Origin: Callorhinchus milii
Taxonomy: Eukaryota
Reading direction: 5' to 3'
Length of the DNA stretch: 64,000 nucleotides
NCBI RefSeq assembly: GCF_018977255.1
Contig: NW_024704743.1
Coordinates: 85,562,001-85,626,000 of the forward strand
Part shown: positions 39,112-50,900 of the stretch, in pieces
How the letters are laid out: each line of letters begins with the position of its first letter
Numbering within the stretch: the stretch's first letter is position 1
Position numbers and translations under genes: made by a program
Notes under the pieces: generated by a model
What the model saw: the letters and a program-made list of their open reading frames with translations, nothing else
The model's database searches: none
What the model was told of the DNA's origin: nothing

Positions 39112-39764
39112 TAGATTTTTTTAAAATGTGAACTAATGATTTGTGTTTCTAAGCTAATTGAATTGATACAACAATCATTAACTATCACGATTTAAAAAAA
39201 CACCTATGCAACGAATGTACCACTAATATGGTAAAAGTACACGAACTTCATTAGCCAAAAATAAATTATAACACACCAGCCCAAGATTGATGAATCACAT
39301 TGGGAAAATAAATAACTGCCACTGCAATGTGTACCCATTTCTTATATATACACCAGATGGAAGCTGGAACAGCACGCTCTACAATTTTTTAAAAAAAGAC
39401 TGAAGAGGGCTATATTGATAACATGCTTTTCCCAGATCAATTCACAGGCCTGGTTAAACTCAAGAAGTATGTGGAAGATGCAGGATAAAGAAGAATGGAA
39501 TAATGGACGCGTGAACAATTTTAGCAATGGAGATGAGATCACTCCAATTTAGACTACAGGAAATGTGATAATGTAAGAACAATAAAGTAAATAAATAAAG
39601 GACAAAGAGTGTAGCCGTCAAGGGGAAGATGTGATAACTGCTGTATATGAAATACACAAATCTTTAAAAAACTGAAAGAAATAACAACTGCATCAGTTAG
39701 CCTGAAGATCAAATTGTGGCGCTTGAGCAGATAGTTGTCGCCTCCCCCACACCCCCATCACCTA

Positions 39765-40706
39765 GTCTCTCTCACCCCCTCCCCGTCACCTAACCCTCCC
39801 CGCCCCCCCTATCACCTAGACTCTCTCCCCCATCCCCTCCGTCACCCAGTCTCTCCCCCCGCCCCCTCCGTCACCCAGTCTCTCCCCCCGCCCCCTCCAA
39901 TACCCAGTCTCTCCCCCCCGGTCGCTCCGTCACCCAAGCTCTTCCTCCCCCTCTCTCCGTCACCTAGTCTCCCCCCACTCCCTCCGTCACCTAGTCTCCC
40001 CCCCACTCCCTCCGTCACCTTGTCTCCCCCCCGGCCCCTCCGTCACCTAGTCTCCCCCCCCACTCCCTCCGTCACCTCGTCTCCCCCCCACTCCCTCCGT
40101 CACCTAGTCTCCCCCCCACTCCCTCCGTCACCTAGTCTCCCCCCCACTCCTCCGTCACCTAGTCTCCCCCCACTCCCTCCGTCACCTAGTCTCCCCCCAC
40201 TCCCTCCGTCACCTAGTCTCCCCCCCACTCCCTCCGTCACCTAGTCTCCCCCCACTCCCTCCGTCACCTAGTCTCCCCCCCACTCCCTCCGTCACCTAGT
40301 CTCCCCCCACTCCCTCCGTCACCTAGTCTCCCCCCACTCCTCCGTCACCTAGTCTCCCCCCACTCCTCCGTCACCTAGTCTCCCCCCCACTCCCTCCGTC
40401 ACCTAGTCTCCCCCCCACTCCCTCCGTCACCTAGTCTCCCCCCCACTCCCTCCGTCACCTAGTCTCCCCCCCACTCCCTCCGTCACCTAGTCTCCCCCCC
40501 ACTCCCTCCGTCACCTAGTCTCCCCCCCCCCCCCCCCTCCCCCCCCACTCCCTCCGTCACCTAGTCTCCCCCCACTCCCTCCGTCACCTAGTCTACCCCC
40601 CACTCCCTCCGTCACCTAGTCTCCCCCCCCACTCCCTCCGTCACCTAGTCTCCCCCCCACTCCCTCCGTCACCTAGTCTCCCCCCACTCCCTCCGTCACC
40701 TAGTCT
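39765..40706. repeat. C-rich minisatellite, ~27-28 bp unit CCCTCCGTCACCTAGTCTCCCCCC(C)ACT, roughly 30-35 copies
   Basis: Directly visible tandem array; degenerate at the left, homogeneous in the centre and right. Confidence 0.95.
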
Positions 40707-40719
40707 CTCCACACACACA

Positions 40720-41330
40720 GTCCCCCTCATCTCCCCCCACCTCCTCCCCGTCTCCCCCCACCTCCTCCCCGTCTCCCCCCACCTCCTCCCGTCTCCCCCC
40801 CTCCTCCCCTCCCCCCACTTCCCATTCACCTCTTCACCTTCCCCCCCGTCTGGCCCCACCGCCCATTAGTCTCCCCCTTCACCTTCCTCCCCCCCACCTC
40901 CCCCTCGTCTCCCCCCACCTCTCCTCCCCACACCATCTCCCCCCCCTCCTCTTGTCTCCCCCCCCACCTCTCCTCCCTCTTGTCTCCCCCCACTTCATCT
41001 CCTCCTCCCCACCTCCTCCTCCCCCTCGTCTCCCCTCACCTCGTCTCCCCTCCTACCTCCTCCCCCTGGTCCCTCCCACCTCTCCCCCCCTGGTCTGCCC
41101 CGCCTCGCCTCCCCCCCTCCGCCATCACCTCGTCCCTGGAGCTGCAGGAAGCCTTCCCCCGGGAGAGCACTTCCCCAGCTTCCCTCACTCTGCTTTTCTC
41201 TATCCATCCTCATCCACTCTCTCCCTCTGTCATCCTCTTTCCTTACACTCCTCTCCCCTTCTCCCCCCTCCCACCACCTCTCTCTCTCTCTCTCTCTCCT
41301 CACCCTCTCCGCGTCTCGCACTCCCTCTCC
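40720..41330. repeat. polypyrimidine low-complexity tract including ~21-bp repeats (TCTCCCCCCACCTCCTCCCCG) and (CT)n
   Basis: Strong C/T strand bias continuing from the minisatellite. Confidence 0.8.
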
Positions 41331-41570
41331 CTCTGCGGCTGTTGTTCTGACCGGATCCAAGGCGACGGCGCAGGTGTTCCCCGCAAAACCCTCCCCCGTC
41401 CCTCCCGCCGCCTGAGCTCCCACACATTCGTTCCTCCTCGAACAAACAGTCCGCAGCCGTGAACAAGGTGGGTTGGGGTGGGTGTGCGTGTGTGTGTGTG
41501 TAGGGGGGGAAAGAGGCCGAGTGCACACAGAGTGTGAGAGACAGTGATTTAAATAAATATAAAAACAAAC

Positions 41571-41640
41571 CTGATTCCGTCTCTGCCTTTTCGGGCGATC
41601 AACCGGAGAGAGAGACCGAGAAACACGATTCAATCCACAA
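41571..41640 (-). other. ENY2: probable ENY2 non-coding exon 1 (5' end uncertain)
   Basis: Donor-like CAG|gtttgt at 41571/41570 inside the CpG island, pointing away from NUDCD1; no in-frame ATG seen. Confidence 0.45.
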
Positions 41641-41805
41641 ACCCCCGAGAGACGGAAATCCCCGCGCGGAACTACATCTCCCAGAGTGCCGTGCGACGGC
41701 GCACGCGCGGTGAAGCTGGAGAGCGGGGGAAAAAAACCCGGAGTGGGCGGAATTGCGCGTGCGCGGTAACGGTCGGTGCTGACTGACTGACTGACGGGCC
41801 ACACG

Positions 41806-41935
41806 ATGATGAAGATGAAGGTCTCGGCCGCCAACTGCTCTCTCACCGTCAACAGACGGCTCCTGGACCCACAGTTTGAGAGTTATAAGCTGTCCTTGGA
41901 CCCGCTGCCCACGTACAACGTGGAGTTGGATGGCG
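41806..41935 (+). CDS. NUDCD1: NUDCD1 exon 1
   Basis: [43 protein letters not shown]; donor gtgagt; three in-frame ATGs, so the true start is uncertain. Confidence 0.92.
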
Positions 41936-44900
41936 GTGAGTCACACAGAGGCTGTGAGTTGTCCTCCCCCTGAGCCCGGGGTGGGGGGGAGGGGAGGGGA
42001 GGGCGTGTTTTGTGGGCGGAAGGAGGCAGTTGCACACAGCAATGTCCCACACACAGCCATGGAGTGAGTGACCCCTTTTCTCTGCTGGTTTTGTTGGCCA
42101 GGACACCGGGAGGCACTCCCTTCTCTTTTCAGCGAAGACTCGGCTCTGGCGCCGCTCTGCAAAGCGACGGCCGCTGCCGCGGATGATGGCGAAGGTTGTG
42201 GGTTCAATCCCCGCGTTGGGACTTGGAATCACATAGTCTTAAGCGGACGCTCCAATACACTGCTGGGGATGTTTTGCATCGTCAGAGATGCCGTCCTTCG
42301 GATCGGATGTTAGACTGAGGTCCCGTCGGCCTCTTCAGGTGGACGTTAAAAGATCCCATGGAACTGGAAAAGAGGAGGGAGTTTCACCTGGTGTCCTGGC
42401 CAACAATCCCCAAATAAAATTGGTCACACACTCCATGGCTTGTTTGTAGGCATTCCTGTACTCTAACTGACTGCTGCGTTTCGCCCACAAAATCACAGTC
42501 AACCCATTCAGACGTCTCGATGATGTGAAAAGGTGATGTATTAAATGCAAGAATTATTATTATATGTTGCATAGAATTACATGAACTACACCATGTAAAG
42601 GGCCATTCATCTGAAGTAGTCTGTGTGTATACTTCACATAACCCCCAACTCCAACAACACGTGCACACACTTTAAATCAGGGATGGCCGACGTGCGGCCC
42701 ATGGGTCGCATTGTCTGGATTGATACTTCAGTGCTGGGGATGTGCTAAACTGTTGGGAGGTGCCACCTTTCAGATATTTTTTGGTCAGCCTAATGTCTGA
42801 CACATGGAAAACCATCACCATGCTTAACAGTACCCAAACCAAATTGAGAGTTACATGCCTCCCACCTGTACATAGATACTTCCGAGTTTATTGGAATGGA
42901 AACTCTTCACCCAACAATCCTCAAATAAAATTGATCATTCACTTCACGGTTGTTTGTGGGACATTGCTATACAATACAACAACAACTTGGATTTATATAG
43001 CGCCCTCCACGCTAGATGGCGTCTCAGAGCGCTTCACAGTAATGGATCCTGGGACCGAGCTAAGGGGAGGTGGAGGAAGGTGACCAAAGGCGCAGTCGAA
43101 AAGAAAGGTCTTCAGCAGAGACCTGAAAATAGGAAGGGAGGGAGCGAGGCGAAGGGAGTGAGGAAGGGAGTTCCAGAGCCTCGGGGCACAGTGGCTGAAG
43201 GCACGGCCGCCGAGGGTGGAGCAAAGGACTCGGGGGACAGGAGGAGGCCAGACCCGGAGGAACAAAGGCAACGGGTTCTGTTTTGAGGAGAGAGGAGGTC
43301 AGAGAGGTAGAGAGGTGCAGAGGAGTGCAGGGACTTGAATACAATGGTGAGGATCTTGAAACCGATCCTCTCTGGGACAGGCAGCCAGTGCAGTCTGACA
43401 AGGAGAGTAGTCCAGGGTTTCAGCGGTTTTTGGAGTGAGGTATTGGTGGAGATGGGCGATGTGTCGGAGGTGGAAGAATGTGGTGCTGGTGAGGGACCAG
43501 ATGTGGGGGAGGAAGGATAATTGGGGGTCAAACCTGATGCTTAGGTTGCGTACGGGTTCGGAGAGTTTTAGAGGGAAGTCGGGTACAATGCAATTTACAT
43601 TTATATAGAGCTTTTACGTTGGGAGGACATTCCAAAGTGCCTTAACAGTATTGAATGGGCAGCCTGGATTGGGGGTGGGGGGTGGGGAAAGAAAATGGAA
43701 AGCACAATCAAAGAGGTATGTTTTGACTCATGCCTTGAAAGAGGGAAGGGAGTGAGCCGTGCAAATTGGCTGCTGCATTTGCCTACAAATACACAGTCAT
43801 TACAATTTACAGTATATCCTATGAATACTTTGAAATATCTTCCTGATGTGAAAGCCCCAATATCCAGTACAGGGATTACTTTGTTCTCTTTTTGAAGAGT
43901 GTCTTGGAATATTTAACTTGCATTGGGGTCAGATTAATGTTTCGTCCAATGGACGGAAATACTCCGGGATTGATTGGAGTGTTAGCCTATTAGCTCTAAG
44001 TGTGAATGTGGGTATTTAACCCACAACCTTCTCACCAAGAAGCAAGAGTACTACCAACTGAATTTAGCTGATGCAAACAGAGCTAATTTGCATCAGCAAC
44101 ATCTTACAAATAACAACAGATAGCCAATTAATTAAAATTTGAGTGAATTTGGATGATTATTAACCAGGAGAAAAACTCTGCTTCTTTGAAATAGCAGAGA
44201 CTATTAATGACCACCTGAATTGCAACACAGATAAAATCTAAATTAATAAGTCAATCAAAAAAANGATGATAAAGGACAAAGAAAATCACCACAATGCATT
44301 TTGATGTAAGCAAATCAAAGTCTTGGTAATACACATGATTGAAGAATGGCATACAGATTTTGTGTATAGGTTATTGACTATTTCAATTCTACTCTAATGT
44401 CTTGAATTGGATTCTAGTCTGCCAATTCTACCTTACTCGAATTGGTTTAGGATGTTGAAATATGATTATTTCATATTAACCTAGAATGGAAGGCCCTATA
44501 TAAATTCAAAATTGTTGTATTTCACCTCCAAAGCTGTGCATTTTTCTGTAGTATGTAATTATTGATTATGTAATTGTTGATGTACCCAGACATATTGCAG
44601 ATGTGTATCTTCAACACGATGTAGAATTAGTTTTGTTTACAAAAGTAAGCTATTTCAGAAATATTGGACGAAATACGTGTGCCATCCATGATGTATTGTC
44701 AATATTTGTATGCGTTACAAGTACAGTAAGCTCCTGATAACTCAACCCAGGCTTAATCTGTCACGACCATTTAAGTCATCATGCTGTCAATATCCCGGCC
44801 CCTTTATGTATTTACACATATGCCTAACTCACCAATCTGGAAAACGTGTCAGTGAGCTGTTTTCCCTTGGAGTGACACGTTTTCAGGAGTTCACAGTACT

Positions 44901-47900
44901 TTATTGGTGGTTTGTTCCTAAATATTGAGATTGCAATATCTTTATTGGGCACAGTGTGGTGTGCATGAGCTATAAATTAAGAATGAAGCACATTGAATGA
45001 ACTATCTGTATCACCTACAGTTGATCCCAGTAGAATTCCCAGTGGTACGATTCCGCTACCTACAATGTTATTTAAAATACTGCATAATTAGCTTTATAGT
45101 TTTGCAGCATTGTTACCAGTACTTCATCATAATTAAGTTTGAATGATCTGAGGAGAAACCAGCTTGGCCTTGTTACAGGTACAGTAGCATCTTATATATC
45201 AGGTGGTCCAACTGAAGCCAGTGGGCCGCATCCAGTCCATGAACCATTTCCAACTTCGGGCCACCTGGCCACCCTCCCTCCCCGCTAAATGTCCTCTTAT
45301 GGCAGCAGCAGGAGCCAGCAGTTGGGAGGACGCGATTGGGAAAAGAGACCCACTTGCTTTTCCCTCAGCTCAAGAGGGACGTCCAGACAGACTGGAACAG
45401 CAGGCAATATTTCCATTCTTGCAGCTTCAATGCTATACATTATAGAGTCGTAGAGCTCACTATTCTCCTTGTTACTGTATATGAGAAACAGATCCCCAGA
45501 TTCAAATCCTGTTAGTTTCTAAGCTGTTTGCCTTTTCAAGTTGATACAATAGGTAACGAGTCTTGTTTTTTTTAAAAATCCCCTTACAGGGAAATATCTC
45601 TCTGATTGGTCTGAGTGTCCTTTGATGAGATTGGTTTGGAATAGATTCAAGTCTCCCTTGATGGTGGACTCGAAAATTGTATTTGTAGAGTAAGTTAAAC
45701 CAGATGCTGGGTTGTATTAAAAGGGCAATATTGAGCTGAATTAGTGGGGTAACCCTGCAACTTTATAAATCACTGGTGCGACTGCACTTGGAATGCTGTG
45801 TGCAGTTCTTGTCACCGCAATATAAAAAAGATATTGCAGCGATTGAGAGGATACAGAAGAGGGCAACCAAAATAATTGAGGGGATGGAGGGATTGGACTA
45901 TGAGTAGCGATTAGGTAAACTGGGCATGTTCACGCTGGAGAAGAGAAGATTGAGGGGCGATATGATTATGGGCTTTAAGATTCTGAAGGGACAAGATAAT
46001 GTAAACCGTGATAAGCTGTTTTGTCATGTACTGAACAGTAGAACCCGAGGACAAAGTCTGTGATTGAAAGGGGGTAAATTCAGAACAAACTGCGGAGATA
46101 CTACTTCAGTGAGTGAGTAGTAAACTTATGGAGGAGGCTCCTCTGGGAGACGGTGGAAGCAGAAAGTGTTGCTTGTTTTAAGAACAAATTACATAGTTTC
46201 TGCTTGAAAATAATATCCCGGGATGCAGTACCTGTACATAGCTCGGGCAACAACATGTCAAGTAACTGCCAGGATAATGGAAGGCTAACTAGATGGACCT
46301 TAGTCTTCTTTCGTCTAGCAAATTCTTATGTTCTTGCATGCTTAATCATGTGAGGTAGTATAGCTCTATGGATGGGATAGGAGGGGCATTCGTGTGGAGT
46401 ATAAACAACGGCTTGACTGGATGGGACAAATGACCCGTTTTTGAGTTGAACCTTACGTGAATCTATGAAACCTCGTCCCTTCCATTACCTTGTTCCCAAT
46501 GCAAGCAAAACCCTCATCCATGCCTTTGCCACCTCTAGGTGACATTTAATAATAATAATCCTCGCATTTGATATACGACTTTTCATGTCTTCCAGTGAAT
46601 TGACTGTATATTTGTGGGCGAAACGCAGCAGCAAATTGCACACAGCAGTGTCCCACAAACAGTCGTGGATTGAAGTGACCAATTTTTTATTATTTTTTTC
46701 TTGAGGGATTATTATCAGGCGTGTGGAGTAAGGAAACTTGCCCAAGGTTTTGCCCTGCCGGGAATCAAACCCACGTCTCTTGCTTGTGAGGCGAGCGCTC
46801 TGACCACTGAGCTACAGGACCCCACATTTGTGCACGCCCTGCTACAACTCTACCCTTTACCCCAGCTCTGCCCTCCACAAGCTCCAAATCATTCAGAAAT
46901 GCAGCATGCATCATTTCCTGCACTAAGCTCCACTAGCCCGTTACGCTGACTCTCACCCATCTCCACTGGCTATCTATTCCCCAAAAGATGACCTTGTTTT
47001 TTCATCCAAATGGCTCCATGGCTTTGACGCACCTGATTTCCTATGACCTTACTCCTCTGGTCATTCCCTTTGCCAACCATGGCCTTCTTTTTGCTCCCCC
47101 ACTCATTTGTCCCCACTGTTGACTGAGTAGCTTTCAACACTGTTTCTGCCCTATGGAACTTTCTTCTGAAATTCTTTTGCCTTTCAAAAGCAATCCAAGC
47201 CCATCTCTTTGATTGTGCCTTCAGCTATCTGCCCCATTATCTAACTCCCACTCCATCTTTGTAAAGTGTTTTGAGACGTTATCTGCATCTGATAGTGGAA
47301 ATTGCTGTTTCTACTCCTATGTTCCTGTTAAAACTGCTATAAAATACTGTGAAATGTTTTCTGCTAATTTTACATTCTTGAAAACATTAGTTTTAGGGAA
47401 TGTTTGAACTCTGAATACCTTTCAAAAACTGATACCTCTTATAAAAATGCCATGCAGATGGAGTTGATCCCTTCAATTGTTTTGGATCTTGTGCTTGCAT
47501 TTTTGAAAGCGGTACAGAAAATTGTAATTCAAATTCTTTACAGTTACAAGTTAAAAAGGAAAATTCATGAAAAGGCATTTCATTATCATTGTAGGTTTAT
47601 TTTGATTAGTCATTTTTTTTGCTTCAGTACTGTATGACCTACAGTTGAAGAATAATTTGGCTTTGAGAGTTTTTACATAATAAAGACATTGCAAATGAAA
47701 ATGAACGACTTAAAAGCTAGTGTAGGAAGCATCAGTGACAATTCTGTATACAGACTGTGCTGATAAGCATTCTAAAATTGAAATGCAAGTCACTTCAATT
47801 ATATTTTGTTTATTTTTAAATGGCACAAGCTGCTGGAAGTACAAAAATAAATCACTAAATTATTGACTTTTAACAGAGTGTATTTTAAATTGAAAGTATT

Positions 47901-50900
47901 ATTAGATATGCGTGCTGTACATAATATTTTAGATTTAACTATTTAATTAATCCTTTGATACATTGTTGAGAGACGTTGATATACTGTGTCTGGGTAAAAT
48001 AGCATGTGTTTAATCCGTTAGCCCTTTTTCGTAATTTTAAATGGCTTGAAACACTATGAAGAACATCTAACTGAATAAAAATCGTGGAAAGCAAAGTGAT
48101 GATTTGGGAAACACACCCATCTCAGTCACATTGCTCGCCTCCGTCCGTACCTCGCAACATCAAAGCAGTCGAAACCCGCGTCCACTCCTTTGTCGGTTCC
48201 AGGCTGAATAATTCCAGGGTCCTCCTCGCTGGTCTCCCCAGCTTCACCATACACAAAAGTCAATTAATTCAAAACTCCGCCGTCTACTCACCTGCACAAA
48301 ACTCTGTACCCCATTACACCAATCCATGCCCAGGCTCCACTGGCTCCCAATTACCAAACGGAACAATTTAAAAATCCCCTCACTCGTTTTCAAATCCCTT
48401 CATGCCGTCGCACCTCCCTAACATTTCCGATTTGTTTACTCCCCCACGCCACCACCCGCTGCCTTTGCTCGGCTGGCTCCGGTCTCCTGTTCGTCCCTTG
48501 TCCCCTCTTCTCCACCATCGGTGGCTGTGCCTTCAGCCACTACGCCCTGAAACTCTGCAATTCCCCCTCAGTCCTTCCACTTTGTCCCCTCCCCACTTTC
48601 AAATCCCACCTAAAGACCTTCCTTTTTGATCTCCCTCCTTCTCCCCTTGGCTTGGGGTCAGACTCCACCACTGTCAAACACTCCGGGACAATACCCCGTG
48701 TGAAGGGCTCTATATAAATGCAAGTTGTTGCTGTTTGTAGCCTTACTATTAAACTCTCCAGTAGATTATATCATTCTTTACCATTTTGCCTACAAAGTAC
48801 ACAGTCATTTACTTATGCTTATACACTTATAAGTATATCCTGTGAAGTGCTTTGAGACAACCTAATGATGTGATAAGGAGCTGCAACAAATGCAAGGATT
48901 ATTATTATCTCACAAAGTTGGTTTTGCAAGAAACAATTGAATAATGGTGGCATTTTAGGAATGGTATTTCATTTGAAAATAAGTAATTGACACAAAGGTT
49001 CCTGTGACGTAGGAAAAAAATCAAATGTGCTCTTGGAACTGAGTAAAAGATAGCAGAACCAAGGTATATATGCTGGGACTAAATTTTGATTATGAAAGCT
49101 AGCTTCTAGTTCTTTCTGGTGTACAGTAAATCCTCAACAAAAAGCTCAGGGCTTTGATGGGGGCAGTTAATCAATTTGTGGAACAAAATGTTTGGGAAGT
49201 TGCTCATTCACTGAGTAAGCATGAAATGCTCATTCCTGTAAGCTAGATTCATCAATAAGCTACTTATGTCCCAATATCACATGTCAAAAGATGCCATTAA
49301 ATCCAAAATATTACAGCTTGTATTCATTAACTAACAAAAAATGACTATTGTAACAATAATAATTCTTATATCTGATATAGCGCATTTCACGTCTCAAAGC
49401 ATTTCAAAACATATATTGTAAAGTGGAGTGAATGTATATTTTATAGGCAGATGAGTCAGCCAATTTGCATACAGCAATGTCCCACGACTGGCATGAAGTG
49501 AATAACCAATTTTATTTGGGGAATTGTTGGCCAAGAGTCCAGGAGAAATTACCTTCTCTTTTCAAATTGTGTCATGGGATCTTTAATGTCCACCTCAATA
49601 GACAAACGGGACCTCGGTTTAACATCTTATCTAACACCTCCAACCCTGCAGCACATCCCCAGCACTGTATTGGAGTATCAGCAAAGGCGATATGATTTTG
49701 ATGTCTCAAAGTGGGGCTTGAACCTCTGACTCGGAGGTGAGAGTGCTCCCGACTGAGTCAGGCTGACACACAAACATGATAATTTGCAAACAATATTTAT
49801 GAATAGTAAGACTAGTTTGGTAAAGGACCTGGGACATATTAATATGAGTTAAGATACTCTTTACTCAAATTTGTGATTGCACATTCCAATCTCAGTGGGA
49901 TGGATATATGAGGATATATGGGGTGGAGTCCTGTAGCTCAGTGGTCAGAGCACTCGCTTTGCAAGCGAGAGACCTGAGTTCAATTCCAGGCAGGGCGAAA
50001 CCTTGGGCAAGTTTCCTTACTCCACACAGAGCCTAATACTAATCCCTCCAAAACCAAAAACAATAATAAATTGGTCATTTTCAATCTACGACTGTTGGTG
50101 GGACATTGCTGTGCGCAATTGGCTGCCGCGTTTTGCCCACAAACTGAGGTTCTATGCCATTTTGTGGTTATTATTTCTCAGCCACGTGAGGCTCTTGCTG
50201 AGCCACCTGTTTACATTTTTCAGTGTTGTACAAATTCATTTAAGCAGGCTATTATATCTAGAAACAAAATGTCTGTATTAAGTGCAAAAAAGGCATTTCT
50301 TTTTGTCGTCAAATGGCAATTGATCATCTGCTTGCATGTTTTTCAGCTGTAGCTGAGGTGAAACTGCGAGAGGATCAGTATACTCTAGACCACTTGTGTG
50401 TCTTTGGCATGTATAACTATCTCCACTGTGATAGGTGGTATCAAGACAGTGTCTACTACATTGATCAACATGAGAGAATAATGAATTTAGCTATCACTTT
50501 GGTAAGTATCATAAATAGACCTGCATTTATCTTCTTGAAAAGTGTATATACCTACAGTTTGATTACAGTTTTGAGACTAAGCCATTGCTATTATAAAGGA
50601 AGATGAAGAATAATGCAGAGAAGGCAGATTTTTGCAGAATGCTACGTCCCATCTGCAAGAAAGTCAGGAAATTCATTGATGAACATAATATGTTTGCAAG
50701 TAGGATGGGTTGCTTTCTTGCAGTTCTTTTCTACAATTGAAGCTTCAACTCAAATGTACGTACATGGTCATACATTGTCATTTGTGACAAGTTGCCTGTG
50801 CCCTTGAAGATAAATTCAAAAATTCTCAAGTCCATCAGAAATTCCAGATTTTATAACCAATTTGTGTGTGATAATTTGGGTACATCATGATATAGAACAC

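Larger units (their letters stand above)
41300..42330. promoter_or_regulatory. CpG-island bidirectional promoter of ENY2/NUDCD1
   Basis: The only CpG-dense stretch in the window. ZNF143/STAF-type ACTACATCTCCCAGAGTGCC at 41671-41690, NRF1-like TGCGCGTGCGC at 41754-41764, GC box GGGCGG at 41745-41750, ETS-like CGGAAAT near 41653. Confidence 0.85.

Noticed and set aside
39765..40706. CRISPR-like array
   Set aside because: The units are directly adjacent with no unique spacers, there are no cas genes, and the context is a vertebrate intron
39735..41462. Proline-rich ORFs (169, 132 and 160 aa)
   Set aside because: They are translations of the C-rich minisatellite and low-complexity tract, with no coding evidence
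40995..41852. 285-aa minus-strand ORF across the promoter
   Set aside because: Non-ATG start, GC-rich stop-poor CpG island, and it runs through (CA)n and (GA)n repeats
1025..44264. Single N bases at 1025, 37533 and 44264
   Set aside because: Each is adjacent to a homopolymer run, so these are sequencing ambiguities rather than biology
49925..50002. tRNA-Ala gene (also at 11745-11821)
   Set aside because: It is the head of a multi-copy SINE and runs into SINE body sequence without a proper tRNA 3' end or terminator
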